This document shows positions 36,753 through 46,177 of a stretch of DNA of 64,000 bases, piece by piece. Position 1 is the first letter of the stretch. The number at the start of each line of letters is the position of its first letter. The notes below the pieces were generated by a model, which worked only from the letters and a program-made list of their open reading frames with translations, was not told the DNA's origin and made no database searches. Both the position numbers and the translations under genes were made by a program. Source of the stretch: a virus; the IMG/VR virus record IMGVR_UViG_3300025000_000067, positions 1 through 64,000 of that record; one strand, given 5' to 3'.

Positions 36753-37730
36753 TCACCCCTCTGAGAGCTTAAGAAGCCCGTATTTCCGGTAACCATTAGC
36801 ATTTGCAAGCTCTGCATTATCCATAGTAAGGCAAGGTACACCTGTAAACTCAGTAATGTAGTCTGTATAAACATGAGCCCCACCACCACAAAGGATCACC
36901 GCTGAAAACCTTCTGAAGTCTGGTATATGAAGACTAAGCTCATCTTGTAGTGTAGGTAGCCTGACTTCAATAGCCTTTCTAACAAGTTCATGAACCTCTA
37001 CCTTTTTACCACCTAGCTTTAAAAGACCTGTACGTAAGACTCGATCCACTTCCATAGGCTGAGGTAAAAAACTAAATGAGTGTGAGATAAGCTTTCTAAG
37101 TTCTTTTTGTACTTCATGAACTCCTTCCCAGATAGTAAAGGAGTCCTGTGAGAAGGCACCTTCCTCCATTATGCATCCATCCGTTGACTTACCACCTATG
37201 TCAAGGATTAAGAGGTCTTCAGAAGCCAGCTCTGTGTTCCTCTCTTCCCCCTCAGCATCCAGTACAAAGTCAAAAAATGCCCCGGCAGACTGGGGAAGGA
37301 CTAAAGAATCATTGACTTTAACAAGGCGCTGCACAGCATTAAAGCCGAAGTTAAAACCCCCCTTTAACCGTTCAGCAAAAGCTAGCTTAGAAGCTTCACG
37401 CTTATACTCTTCAACCGGTAGGCCAGATACAAGTAAATCAATAATACTAACACCTGTAGATTCTTGGTAGAGTCCTAAAATTGTGAGTAACTTCGGTAGA
37501 TCCGATTCAGAGGACAACCGCTCAGACTTAAAATCAAAAGATCCTTTAGACCCTACGTTCCATGATCCCCCATGCTCCGTTGTAATAAGATATCCTTCTG
37601 AATCATTTAGATCTCCCATAATAACTTCTGAACGCCTTTTGCTAAGTGACGGGCAAGTATCATCCCAGTCTTTTCCTACCCCTTTAAGTTGGACAAAGCC
37701 AAGGTCAGCACCAACTACATTTTTCTTCAT
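36753..37730 (-). CDS. parM: ParM/StbA actin-like partitioning ATPase
   Basis: ADLGFVQLK, SGLP, PQSAGA, LDIGGKSTD, LCGGGA, ANANGY. Confidence 0.92.
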   Translation of the reverse strand: MKKNVVGADLGFVQLKGVGKDWDDTCPSLSKRRSEVIMGDLNDSEGYLITTEHGGSWNVGSKGSFDFKSERLSSESDLPKLLTILGLYQESTGVSIIDLLVSGLPVEEYKREASKLAFAERLKGGFNFGFNAVQRLVKVNDSLVLPQSAGAFFDFVLDAEGEERNTELASEDLLILDIGGKSTDGCIMEEGAFSQDSFTIWEGVHEVQKELRKLISHSFSFLPQPMEVDRVLRTGLLKLGGKKVEVHELVRKAIEVRLPTLQDELSLHIPDFRRFSAVILCGGGAHVYTDYITEFTGVPCLTMDNAELANANGYRKYGLLKLSEG

Positions 37731-37750
37731 TGTTTAACCAGCTCCTTATT

Positions 37751-37827
37751 TGTTGAACACTCCGTTAAACACTATTCAACAAAGCTTAGTTATATCCTGC
37801 TTAGAGTGTTAAACATTTGATAAAACA
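37751..37827 (-). promoter_or_regulatory. sigma-H-type promoter overlapped by parC-like repeats
   Basis: on minus: GCAGGATAT-N14-GAAT (37800-37774); TGTT(G/A)AACA-like repeats at 37751, 37763, 37773, 37807, 37819. Confidence 0.7.
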
Positions 37828-37958
37828 ACTATACTCCTACGCTATTATGTGTTAAGTATATAGGGACTATCTTATGGGAGGGGTTGTAGACGAGTAGAAG
37901 AAAAGGTTATAGGAACCGTGTCAAGACAATTAGAAAGTACAGAAAGGTTAGGTGTTTT

Positions 37959-38414
37959 ATGGATGAACCAGTATTGAGCCTAAAAGAATTTAAGCTTCTA
38001 GAAAGAGCTGACCAAACAACTCTACTTAAAAAGTACCTTAGTAAAATGACTAAAGAGGAAATAGCAAAATCCTGGGGTTGTGGCCTTGCTAATATAAATG
38101 GCTGGAGAAAACGGCTAGGCCTTACGGAAACTAGGGATATAAAGCGTATGCCTAAGGCAGAGGAACCTTCAGAAGTCATGCTAAGCCCACAAGAAGCAGT
38201 AGATACTATGTACGAGGAGACTCATAGTGAGTCTGAGAATACCCTAATGTTAAGTTCCACAGTAATCTATGTTAATAAAAGGAAATCTGCCTTTTCATTA
38301 CATCTTGAAAAAAGTATGGATGGATCAGAGATCAAAGAGGCGCTTTTAAGTTATGCATCCATCTTAGATGACAAGAAAGTTTATGACCTTCTGCTTGATA
38401 TAGGAGGAGACTAG
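37959..38414 (+). CDS. HTH-domain protein divergent from parM
   Basis: TKEEIAKSWGCGLANINGWRKRLGL. Confidence 0.65.
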   Translation: MDEPVLSLKEFKLLERADQTTLLKKYLSKMTKEEIAKSWGCGLANINGWRKRLGLTETRDIKRMPKAEEPSEVMLSPQEAVDTMYEETHSESENTLMLSSTVIYVNKRKSAFSLHLEKSMDGSEIKEALLSYASILDDKKVYDLLLDIGGD

Positions 38415-38501
38415 CATCATCCATCATCCACTTTTTAAAGATACCTATGTATATTAATAATAGGGGATAGAGCCCCTAAAATAAGTGAAGGAGCTGGTCA
38501 T

Positions 38502-38660
38502 ATGTTAAAGAGAATCACATTAGCCCATGTCGTTATCTTGGTCCTTGTAGGCATAGCAGTCTTCAGTAAATACCATGAGCCCAAAGCGGTTCAAGGATTT
38601 GGTACAAAGGACAATATTGTACCAACGTTCCATGTGACTTCAAAAGCTACTAAAATGTAA
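38502..38660 (+). CDS. 52-aa peptide with signal or anchor sequence
   Basis: MLKRITLAHVVILVLVGIAVFSKYHEPKAVQGFGTKDNIVPTFHVTSKATKM; own leader and a downstream hairpin. Confidence 0.65.
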   Translation: MLKRITLAHVVILVLVGIAVFSKYHEPKAVQGFGTKDNIVPTFHVTSKATKM

Positions 38661-38758
38661 TCTAGGGGCCTACGGGCCCCCGTCCACTTTTTTAAAAAGC
38701 CTATGTATAGTATTAGTAGGGGATGGAACCCCTAAAACAAGAAGGAGCGTGTTGAGAA

Positions 38759-38944
38759 ATGAACTACATCAAACAAATGCAAGAAAATGTTGAGGATCTT
38801 AAGAAAACCAATGCTGAACAGTGTGAGGTTATTAATGAATTTTTACACTACCTCGGGTCCTCTAAATTCTGGAATGATCCTACGATTCAGGTTAGCGAAG
38901 TCCAACAGATGCTAGTGAATATCAAAATGGCTTTGACCACATAA
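38759..38944 (+). CDS. hypothetical protein
   Basis: leader and RBS. Confidence 0.7.
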   Translation: MNYIKQMQENVEDLKKTNAEQCEVINEFLHYLGSSKFWNDPTIQVSEVQQMLVNIKMALTT

Positions 38945-39013
38945 TTACTTCGGAAGTGGGTATATTAAGAGTATAAGGGGCTCCGGCCCCTAAAACAAAA
39001 GGAGTGTTAAACG

Positions 39014-39304
39014 ATGGAAAGATTAACATATCAATACAACTGTGTTGGATGTCCCAATATCAATGAGCTAAACTACATCATAGACAACGCTAAGGACATC
39101 ACGTACCAAACTTTTCGAAGGCATGTTGATACAGAATCTTTTACTCTGCTAAAAGAGCAGCTAGGTTACACACCACAATTAGCGAGAGACTGTAGCTTAA
39201 CCCTGGCTAATGACTGGGCCGTAAGCTTTTGCAAATCAAAAACACCTAAGGGTAAACCTGTGTACTATATACGTCACTCAGCAATTGAACACATTTTTAA
39301 GTAG
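39014..39304 (+). CDS. hypothetical phage protein
   Basis: ITYQTF..DWAVSF.KS....YYIRHSAIEHIF. Confidence 0.7.
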   Translation: MERLTYQYNCVGCPNINELNYIIDNAKDITYQTFRRHVDTESFTLLKEQLGYTPQLARDCSLTLANDWAVSFCKSKTPKGKPVYYIRHSAIEHIFK

Positions 39305-39515
39305 GGGGAGTGGACCTAAGATGAAAAAAGGCGATTACGTAGAGACTCCTAGATTCTTGATGGTAAAAATTGAAAAGGTATTTCGTAAAATGGAGAGGGC
39401 TGTAAAAGAGGGGTATACTGAGCCAACTCATTACAGGAATTCAGATTATCACATTAGAGGTAAGTGCCTTGGTGAAAATCGGATGATCTTTGCAGCAGTT
39501 AAAAGAGAACTATAG
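39285..39515 (+). CDS. hypothetical protein (likely start 39321)
   Basis: MKKGDYVETPRF..GYTEPTHY. Confidence 0.6.
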   Translation: MNTFLSRGSGPKMKKGDYVETPRFLMVKIEKVFRKMERAVKEGYTEPTHYRNSDYHIRGKCLGENRMIFAAVKREL

Positions 39516-39625
39516 AGGAATACTTCTGTGCTACGGAAGACAGGCAGGCGCTTAACATCCTGCCTTGATTCGGGCTCACAGGCGAAGAGGCATCGACCTC
39601 TAAGATAGAAGGGAAGTTTAGGAAG

Positions 39626-40408
39626 ATGAATGAAATTACAGGACCTTTAGAGTTACGAGATGACTATACATCCATAATCGTTAGTTACTCAACAGGCATA
39701 GACTCAACAGGGGCCTTAGCCAAAGCCTTAGAACTTGCTAAGAAGTTACCACGAAAGACCAAAAAGTTTCTGCTTTATTGTGACACAGGTATGGAGTACA
39801 AAATTAATACTGGGTTATTCTACCAAGTAGCAAAAGCGTTTAAATTAGTACCAGTGCTACTTCAGAATGAAAAAACCTTTCTAGATATCCTACTTGAGCG
39901 CCAGAAGTGGCCGGATATGAAAAATCGTTGGTGTACCTCCTATCTTAAGACAGGAGTAACAGATAAATGGATCAGAGCAAATCGTCACATGCTAGGAGAG
40001 AGGGTGCTGTTTATAACCGGGGAGCGCCGGGATGAAAGTCCACGTAGAGCAAAGTATCCAGAATTGGATTGGCAAAGCACTACGCTCAAAACAGAGCGGA
40101 AAGGTAGATTCATATGCCACTGGTATCGGCCTGTTCTTGACTTTGAGAAGGGTAAAATGTTTGAGTATGGTAAAAAACTCCATATTCCCCCGCACCCCTG
40201 CTATGAGTATGTGAATAGATGTAGCTGCATGTTCTGTGTTTTCATGATGGATAAGCATACTATTGAGAATATGAAAAACCATCCTCAAGACGCACAGAAA
40301 TGGTTACAGGCAGAACTAAAGATAAATCACACCTGGAAGAACAAGATGAGCTTAAATAAGCTCTGGAATGAAAACTGTGAAGAAGCCCCTATGAATATCA
40401 TTGTCTAA
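39626..40408 (+). CDS. PAPS-reductase family (PP-loop) protein with Cys cluster
   Basis: VSYSTGIDS, CDTGME, RWCTSYLK, GERRDES.RR, HPCY...RCSCMFC. Confidence 0.88.
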   Translation: MNEITGPLELRDDYTSIIVSYSTGIDSTGALAKALELAKKLPRKTKKFLLYCDTGMEYKINTGLFYQVAKAFKLVPVLLQNEKTFLDILLERQKWPDMKNRWCTSYLKTGVTDKWIRANRHMLGERVLFITGERRDESPRRAKYPELDWQSTTLKTERKGRFICHWYRPVLDFEKGKMFEYGKKLHIPPHPCYEYVNRCSCMFCVFMMDKHTIENMKNHPQDAQKWLQAELKINHTWKNKMSLNKLWNENCEEAPMNIIV

Positions 40409-40507
40409 AAGTCATAGGGTGGCTTCCGTCCACTTTTTAAAAAGGCCTATGTATGGTATTAATAGAGGGGTAGGACCTCTAAAACAAACGAAGGAGAGTG
40501 TATTAAA

Positions 40508-40981
40508 ATGACAGAGAAAATCAATTGGGTAAAAGTTATGGAAGACAACAGTGAGGCAATAGTTGACACAATCAAACTAGCAAAAGAGGAAGCTTATGGC
40601 TGCATGCAAGGATGGCACATTGACGTTGAAATAAACGAGGATGGTAAAGTATGGACCAGTGGTCTTAATTCCCATGGAAGTCAATCAATGTCTTCGTGGA
40701 AAGGTGAAACCCTTATTGTCTGCCATGTAAACTCTTGGGAAGTTGACACAAATGAAGCAGAGGATATTAAGTATTCCCCAGAAATATATGCTGAGTATCT
40801 GGCACAGCAGGAAGCCGAAGATGGTTATGACTCCGCTTGGGAGTTCATGGAGAATAAATACCCTGAGATTCGCCAACAATGGCAAAAAGATGCTAGAAAC
40901 TTTGAGATCAGTGAATTTGATGCAGGTGAACTGCTGGATAGAGCTATTGAGGGGCAGAGAGCATACCACCAGTTTGACTAA
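40508..40981 (+). CDS. hypothetical acidic protein
   Basis: leader and RBS. Confidence 0.7.
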   Translation: MTEKINWVKVMEDNSEAIVDTIKLAKEEAYGCMQGWHIDVEINEDGKVWTSGLNSHGSQSMSSWKGETLIVCHVNSWEVDTNEAEDIKYSPEIYAEYLAQQEAEDGYDSAWEFMENKYPEIRQQWQKDARNFEISEFDAGELLDRAIEGQRAYHQFD

Positions 40982-41085
40982 GTATTTCAGGGGTCCTTAG
41001 GCCCCTTTCCTATTATCGTCCACTTTTTAAAAAAGCCTATGTATAGTATTAGTAGAGGGGATCGAGCCCCTAAAATAAAAGGAGC

Positions 41086-42003
41086 GTGTTGAAGGTGCGA
41101 GACACATTTGAAATGGTCAATGGAGCGGTTACAGTAATTTTAGGTGGAGCAGACCAGCAAGGTAAGTTTTCTTTTGAAGGTGTTAAAGTATCAACGAAAC
41201 CTAACGTATTGTTTAAGTCCTATGTTCACAGCTTAGATAAAAAAGTTAGTGGAGAGCTTACAATCACCTCCCTTCGTGAGCACATCTATGGAAAGATCAA
41301 GGTTCAAGCAGATTCGGAGCTTAAAGATTATATCAAAAAGCATATCAATGACACGGCATTTTACACTGAGAAGGATGAATACGAATACAAGTTTTTCTCC
41401 CGCGGAGTTAACTCCAAAGATGCATATCCGGAAATTGACGAGAATATCAACTTAACTTACGGTAGTATTGGCCATGGCTTAGTTAACTGCACAATTAATA
41501 ATAGATACTGTGTTTACGACCTTGTTCAGGACAAATTTATAAGCATTAGATCATCTAGTTATAGCGATGCGGTAGATGTAACCCCACTGCAAATTTTCTA
41601 TGGGAGAGAACTAAACTTCATTATTGCCCTTGAGCAGTACAAACTTGGTAAAGCTCACCCGGCCTTTACAGAAGTCGTTAACCTGAATAAGTTCCTTGAG
41701 GGTAAAAAGTCAGTGAAACTTAAAATGACCAACGGTAAAGTTCATGAGCTTAAAAGCACATCTTCAGAAGTTCGGGCTAATCAAATTATAGAGTGCATCA
41801 ATGGTGTCTTCTCTATGGAGAATAACTACCACCTATCCCCGCGCCTTGAAAAAGATCACACAGGTTTAGAGTTCCTTGATTGCTTGCAGTTCGGTAAACA
41901 GACCTATAAAATTAATGCAGCGAACCTAGTAATTAAAGCCCCGGCCCCAAAAGTAAAGGCACCTAAGACCCGGGTTCGGAAGTCTAAAAACGCAGCGAAG
42001 TAA
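41086..42003 (+). CDS. hypothetical protein
   Basis: leader and RBS; 305 aa. Confidence 0.7.
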   Translation: MLKVRDTFEMVNGAVTVILGGADQQGKFSFEGVKVSTKPNVLFKSYVHSLDKKVSGELTITSLREHIYGKIKVQADSELKDYIKKHINDTAFYTEKDEYEYKFFSRGVNSKDAYPEIDENINLTYGSIGHGLVNCTINNRYCVYDLVQDKFISIRSSSYSDAVDVTPLQIFYGRELNFIIALEQYKLGKAHPAFTEVVNLNKFLEGKKSVKLKMTNGKVHELKSTSSEVRANQIIECINGVFSMENNYHLSPRLEKDHTGLEFLDCLQFGKQTYKINAANLVIKAPAPKVKAPKTRVRKSKNAAK

Positions 42004-42036
42004 TTAATAGGGGCTTCGGCCCCTTAATATAAAGGA

Positions 42037-42666
42037 GTGTTTAAGATGGAATTAGCTACTTTTGAGCTACCTAAAGGCTATGAACTTCTGAAGTCTAAGG
42101 TCAAAGAGGGCGAAACAGTTGATGGTGGCCCGGTGCGTATTATCCTAGCTGTAAGAGCTTCTGACGGGGAACATGTTACCTGGGAGTACAATGACAGGAG
42201 CAAGTGTTACTGGGGTCACTACTACAGAAGTAAGTGTTACTGGGGTCACTACTACAGAAGTTTAGAGGCTGCTGAGAGAGACTTCGAAACTAGGAACCCT
42301 GACTATACGAAAGCTATCAGAGATGCTAAGGCGATCTACGAAGAAATGAAGGCCCTCTATGCAGCAGGCAATGAGAACCCAGAGGATTACTTGGTAGTAG
42401 CTAAGAAGTATGCTAACTTAGTTACTAAGTACGGAAGTTGCAGGGATGGGCTCCATACTGAATGGACTATTCCCGGCACAACATTCCTATCTTCACGGAA
42501 TACACCTACCTATACTTCCTATAAATCGTTCACCAGACTTCCGGATTTCCTTATATTTGCTGAGGACTGTGCTATGATGGTCTATCGCCTAAACGGTGGC
42601 GAAGGGTTTACTACGCCAGAGCTTGTGAAGTTCTTAGACAGTCGGCCTAAGTTCTTAGGGGAATAA
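42037..42666 (+). CDS. hypothetical protein with duplicated SKCYWGHYYR
   Basis: VTW...YWGHY motif; 30-bp tandem duplication. Confidence 0.7.
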   Translation: MFKMELATFELPKGYELLKSKVKEGETVDGGPVRIILAVRASDGEHVTWEYNDRSKCYWGHYYRSKCYWGHYYRSLEAAERDFETRNPDYTKAIRDAKAIYEEMKALYAAGNENPEDYLVVAKKYANLVTKYGSCRDGLHTEWTIPGTTFLSSRNTPTYTSYKSFTRLPDFLIFAEDCAMMVYRLNGGEGFTTPELVKFLDSRPKFLGE

Positions 42667-42704
42667 AAGGGGCTTCGGCCCCTAAAATAAAAGGAGTGCT
42701 GTAA

Positions 42705-43244
42705 ATGAAAAAGCTTTTTAAGGCTATGCAAAGCCTAGTCAACAAACATGTTGAATGCTATCAATCGGACTTCGGAATTGACAAGAAAGTGATCATGGCT
42801 AACCCTAATGAAGTTCTTTATTATTGGTACATTTGTCAGTATGGGACCTTTCTTGCAAGCGCTACTGACATGCAGTGGGTCGAATCAGGTAGACCAAAAT
42901 CCGCTAAGTTCTGGTTATCTGAAACTAAGATGATCTTTGAAGTTCATATAGATACTAAGGAGCTTAAGTCCATAACCCCATACAAAATGGAGGGTATTAT
43001 TAAGGCAGCTAAATCTATGTCTGAGAACATTAAACTTGACTATCTAATCAAGTGGATGGGCAGAGGTCCTATGTTCGAGAATGAGAGGCCTTCTGAAACA
43101 CTCTACCATGTAGCTGATAGCCTTAACTTTAAACATCCTAAAATTAATGAACTCATTAAGGATTGCTCAGGTATCCTTACTATTCTTGCTGCCTTAACTG
43201 AACTAAAGGCTAGCACAATGCATGAACTAAAGGAGCGTGCTTAA
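42705..43244 (+). CDS. hypothetical protein
   Basis: leader hairpin and RBS. Confidence 0.7.
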   Translation: MKKLFKAMQSLVNKHVECYQSDFGIDKKVIMANPNEVLYYWYICQYGTFLASATDMQWVESGRPKSAKFWLSETKMIFEVHIDTKELKSITPYKMEGIIKAAKSMSENIKLDYLIKWMGRGPMFENERPSETLYHVADSLNFKHPKINELIKDCSGILTILAALTELKASTMHELKERA

Positions 43245-43647
43245 AATGATGGAATTTAATGACACAGATGTAGTTAAAGAGCTAGTAATCGAGATCAAAT
43301 TAGAGTTTACAGCATCGGATATTGATAACCTTATTGTGACGGCTTTTGAGGGTGGTACTGATTATTGGGCAGGCATAATTTATAAAAAAGAGCAGTTTAG
43401 TCTTAAACCGAAAGGTGTACCTACGGCACAGTGGATTACTAAGCTTTTACTTGAGGGGCAAGACGTTGAGCTATGTGATATTGAGGACAGGTCTGAACGT
43501 TGGGTACTGAGCTTACAGAAGCTCATGGATGGTATTGCTTTGAATGCTAAGGAACGTCCAGAGCACATAGACAAGGATAATTGGGATGCTGAGGACGCTG
43601 ATTGTATTATGCAGTACGCCTTATTCGGGGAAATTGTATACAGCTAA
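43237..43647 (+). CDS. conserved phage hypothetical protein
   Basis: AFEGG.DYW..DAEDADCIMQYALFGEIVY. Confidence 0.7.
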   Translation: MLKMMEFNDTDVVKELVIEIKLEFTASDIDNLIVTAFEGGTDYWAGIIYKKEQFSLKPKGVPTAQWITKLLLEGQDVELCDIEDRSERWVLSLQKLMDGIALNAKERPEHIDKDNWDAEDADCIMQYALFGEIVYS

Positions 43648-43763
43648 TGGGGCTTAAATGCCCCTTCTTTTCCATAATTTATTTTGTTCAAAGTTGTATA
43701 AGTTTGGTCATTATGTGGTATGATAGTATCATTGAACTAGTGAAATGAAAGGAGCGGATTATA

Positions 43764-44324
43764 TTGTCAATCGAACCTATTATTTGCCCAGCAGAGGGTA
43801 ATGGGAAGGTCATGGACTTTCATCAGAAACTAGGTACTATTCTAGGTCTTACAGGCTCAAAAGAGCTGTACCTATGGGCTAGTAGCTCTGCGAGTGAATA
43901 CCTGTTCTGCTATGGTAATGCAGAGTACGCGGTGTCTAAGATTCATTTCTACGATCCAGCAGGGAGAGTCTACACAAATCCTCATGGGTACTTTGGTTAC
44001 TGGGAGGGCGAAACTAGCTACAGGTATCGAGGTATAAGCTTTAAGACAAATCAAAAGCTTCTGAAGCGTGTGAAGCTGACGAAAGACTTCAATTGGAAAA
44101 AGTCCTACGATGAAGATATTCTGTTCTTTGTATCCCGGGGGAGGATGGGATACACCAAACCACAAGCTGAGATATATATCCCCTTCTCATACCTTAGGAA
44201 CCTAGGGTTTACCGTTGAGGTTGCAGAGTTTGATCATAATGATGATGAGATTCTGCAGGTGGCTAAGCTGGTAGCGCCAGAATTTTCTGTGATCATAGGT
44301 CAAGAAGTTAAATTGAAGGAGTAG
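43764..44324 (+). CDS. hypothetical protein
   Basis: AGGAG RBS behind a TTGTTCA-motif promoter. Confidence 0.65.
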   Translation: MSIEPIICPAEGNGKVMDFHQKLGTILGLTGSKELYLWASSSASEYLFCYGNAEYAVSKIHFYDPAGRVYTNPHGYFGYWEGETSYRYRGISFKTNQKLLKRVKLTKDFNWKKSYDEDILFFVSRGRMGYTKPQAEIYIPFSYLRNLGFTVEVAEFDHNDDEILQVAKLVAPEFSVIIGQEVKLKE

Positions 44325-44331
44325 GTGGGGA

Positions 44332-45011
44332 ATGCTTAATCCTATAAAAATTACATGGGAACCTGTAACCTATGGTATGGGGCAGTGGATCGGGTACATG
44401 AGGATTAACAATCTACGTAGGGGAGCTGTGCAAATAGACAGCATAAGAATTGTACTCAAGATATACACTGCTAACCTTTTAACTTGCTCGGAGTTGAATG
44501 CACTAACGCATGAGCTAGTGCAAAATCCAAATATGAGGGATAAGCTAGTCGAGTTGACGTGCATAGAGGAGGGAGGTTAAGCTATGAATCTAATTGATTG
44601 CCATGTAACAAAGGTTATCAGTGTTCGGGAATTTAACGCTACTGAAGAGTGGAAGCTTGTTAAAGGGGACTGGGGCTTTGGTAATGTCTATACTGAGTTT
44701 ATGGTGGAGTACTGGGATGACGGCGGGCAGCAGAAAAAGCCTGAACAATTAATCTTTGAAAGGGGAACTGAGCCAGATGTTAAACCTGGGTACATTTTTC
44801 AACACTGATGAGGAAGACTAATGAATCTCAAGCGCACCTTAACTGCTCAAAGTGCAAATGGTCAGACATAAAGGTTAAGGCAGACTACCAGCATAGGGGA
44901 GTTGGTTTCTGCCTCGTGCATAAGCAGCAGTGGATAATCGAACAGCATCCAGAGGAGGATATATCAGAACGGGAATGGGCCAATTCAACCTATGCTAGGT
45001 ACTACGTCTAA
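44332..45011 (+). CDS. three small hypothetical genes (44332-44580, 44584-44808, 44808-45011)
   Basis: tightly packed ORFs with RBS. Confidence 0.55.
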
Positions 45012-45043
45012 AGATAAGAAAGAGGAGAGCTGGGGGTTAAATT

Positions 45044-45538
45044 ATGGCAGAGGACAAAATGCCCAAGCATTGGGAAATGCAAAGAGTATCTAGACTTTCA
45101 CATGAAGAGCAGCTAGAAAATATGAGGGGTAGTCTTAGAAGACTAGAGGACAGAAACTCTACGTTAGAACAACGTGTAGAACACCTAAGAGTATCCCGTA
45201 GAGTGCTTATGACCTTACTTGAACAACTAGAGCAGGAAAATGCTTCTGAAATCAAACGCTTGGAAAAACTCTTAGCCTTAGAGAGAAGTCAGAAGAGGCG
45301 TGTGTCTAAGGATCATCCTTTATGGGCACCCCAAGAGCATCCTAGTCTAGATGCTTTAGCCAACGAGTACTTAAAAAGTTACCCTAATGATCCTCAAGCT
45401 GTACTAGAAGCCCAAGGTATTAGGGAAAATGCAAAGAGTATACGTGAGGAGTTTAAATCTGATGAGTCAGAAGTGCTAGCCAGTAAGCAGGATAAGTTGC
45501 GGAAAATACGCAGACTTACAGAGCAGGAAAGAGTCTAA
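45044..45538 (+). CDS. coiled-coil protein
   Basis: LEQRVEHLRVSRRVLMTLLEQLE heptads. Confidence 0.6.
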   Translation: MAEDKMPKHWEMQRVSRLSHEEQLENMRGSLRRLEDRNSTLEQRVEHLRVSRRVLMTLLEQLEQENASEIKRLEKLLALERSQKRRVSKDHPLWAPQEHPSLDALANEYLKSYPNDPQAVLEAQGIRENAKSIREEFKSDESEVLASKQDKLRKIRRLTEQERV

Positions 45539-45559
45539 GAAAGAGGAGAGTGTTCAACT

Positions 45560-46174
45560 ATGAAAAGTATTAAGGGGATTGCTGCAGATGCTCGAGACTT
45601 AGAACTCATTGAATTAGCCTTTGCTAAAACTGAGAGAAATCAAGCTGCAACAATCAGCTCCAAGCTAATCTACGGAGCAGCAAGGCAGTGCGGTAAAGTT
45701 GACTTCACTGCTTCAGCTTTAGAAGGCCTACTAAAAAGTTCACCCATCGAAGTCACGTGTTGCAAATGTGGTGATAAGGGCTTAGCTGAACCTATACCAA
45801 GAGTCGATGACAACGTTAAAGAGTGGATCTATGAGCTCTGTGACGAAGCTTTTAAGGCCCTAGAGCGAGATCCTAATATACCACCTGATGAAGAGTGCCT
45901 ACCCGGTAAACCCTGCGCCCGGTGCGCTGAAATACTAGCTGAGGTCTTCTGTTCTGAGTGCGGGTGTTTGGTAGATCTGGATGAGCTTTCCAATGAAGAA
46001 CGCCCTAATAAGGGGTTGTGCAAAGACTGCTTTGAGGCTATCAGGAGAGCTGGTATTTGCTCAGTATGCGCTTCAGAAGAGTACGATGCAGATGAGTTAC
46101 AGGAGAGCAGGTGTCCCAGTTGTTATGAAGAGTTTAGTGCTTACATCGGTGTACAAAAAGAGGAGGAGGAATAA
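45560..46174 (+). CDS. multi-CxxC zinc-binding protein
   Basis: six CxxC pairs. Confidence 0.6.
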   Translation: MKSIKGIAADARDLELIELAFAKTERNQAATISSKLIYGAARQCGKVDFTASALEGLLKSSPIEVTCCKCGDKGLAEPIPRVDDNVKEWIYELCDEAFKALERDPNIPPDEECLPGKPCARCAEILAEVFCSECGCLVDLDELSNEERPNKGLCKDCFEAIRRAGICSVCASEEYDADELQESRCPSCYEEFSAYIGVQKEEEE

Positions 46175-46177
46175 GCG

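Larger units (their letters stand above)
38426..43647 (+). other. array of early-gene cassettes, each with a repeated leader
   Basis: full leaders at 38426, 38682, 40428, 41018; hairpin-plus-RBS-only leaders at 38977, 42010, 42668. Confidence 0.75.

Noticed and set aside
38426-42698. Repeated leaders as a CRISPR array or integron attC sites
   Set aside because: They are separated by whole genes, contain promoter and RBS elements, and no integrase is present.
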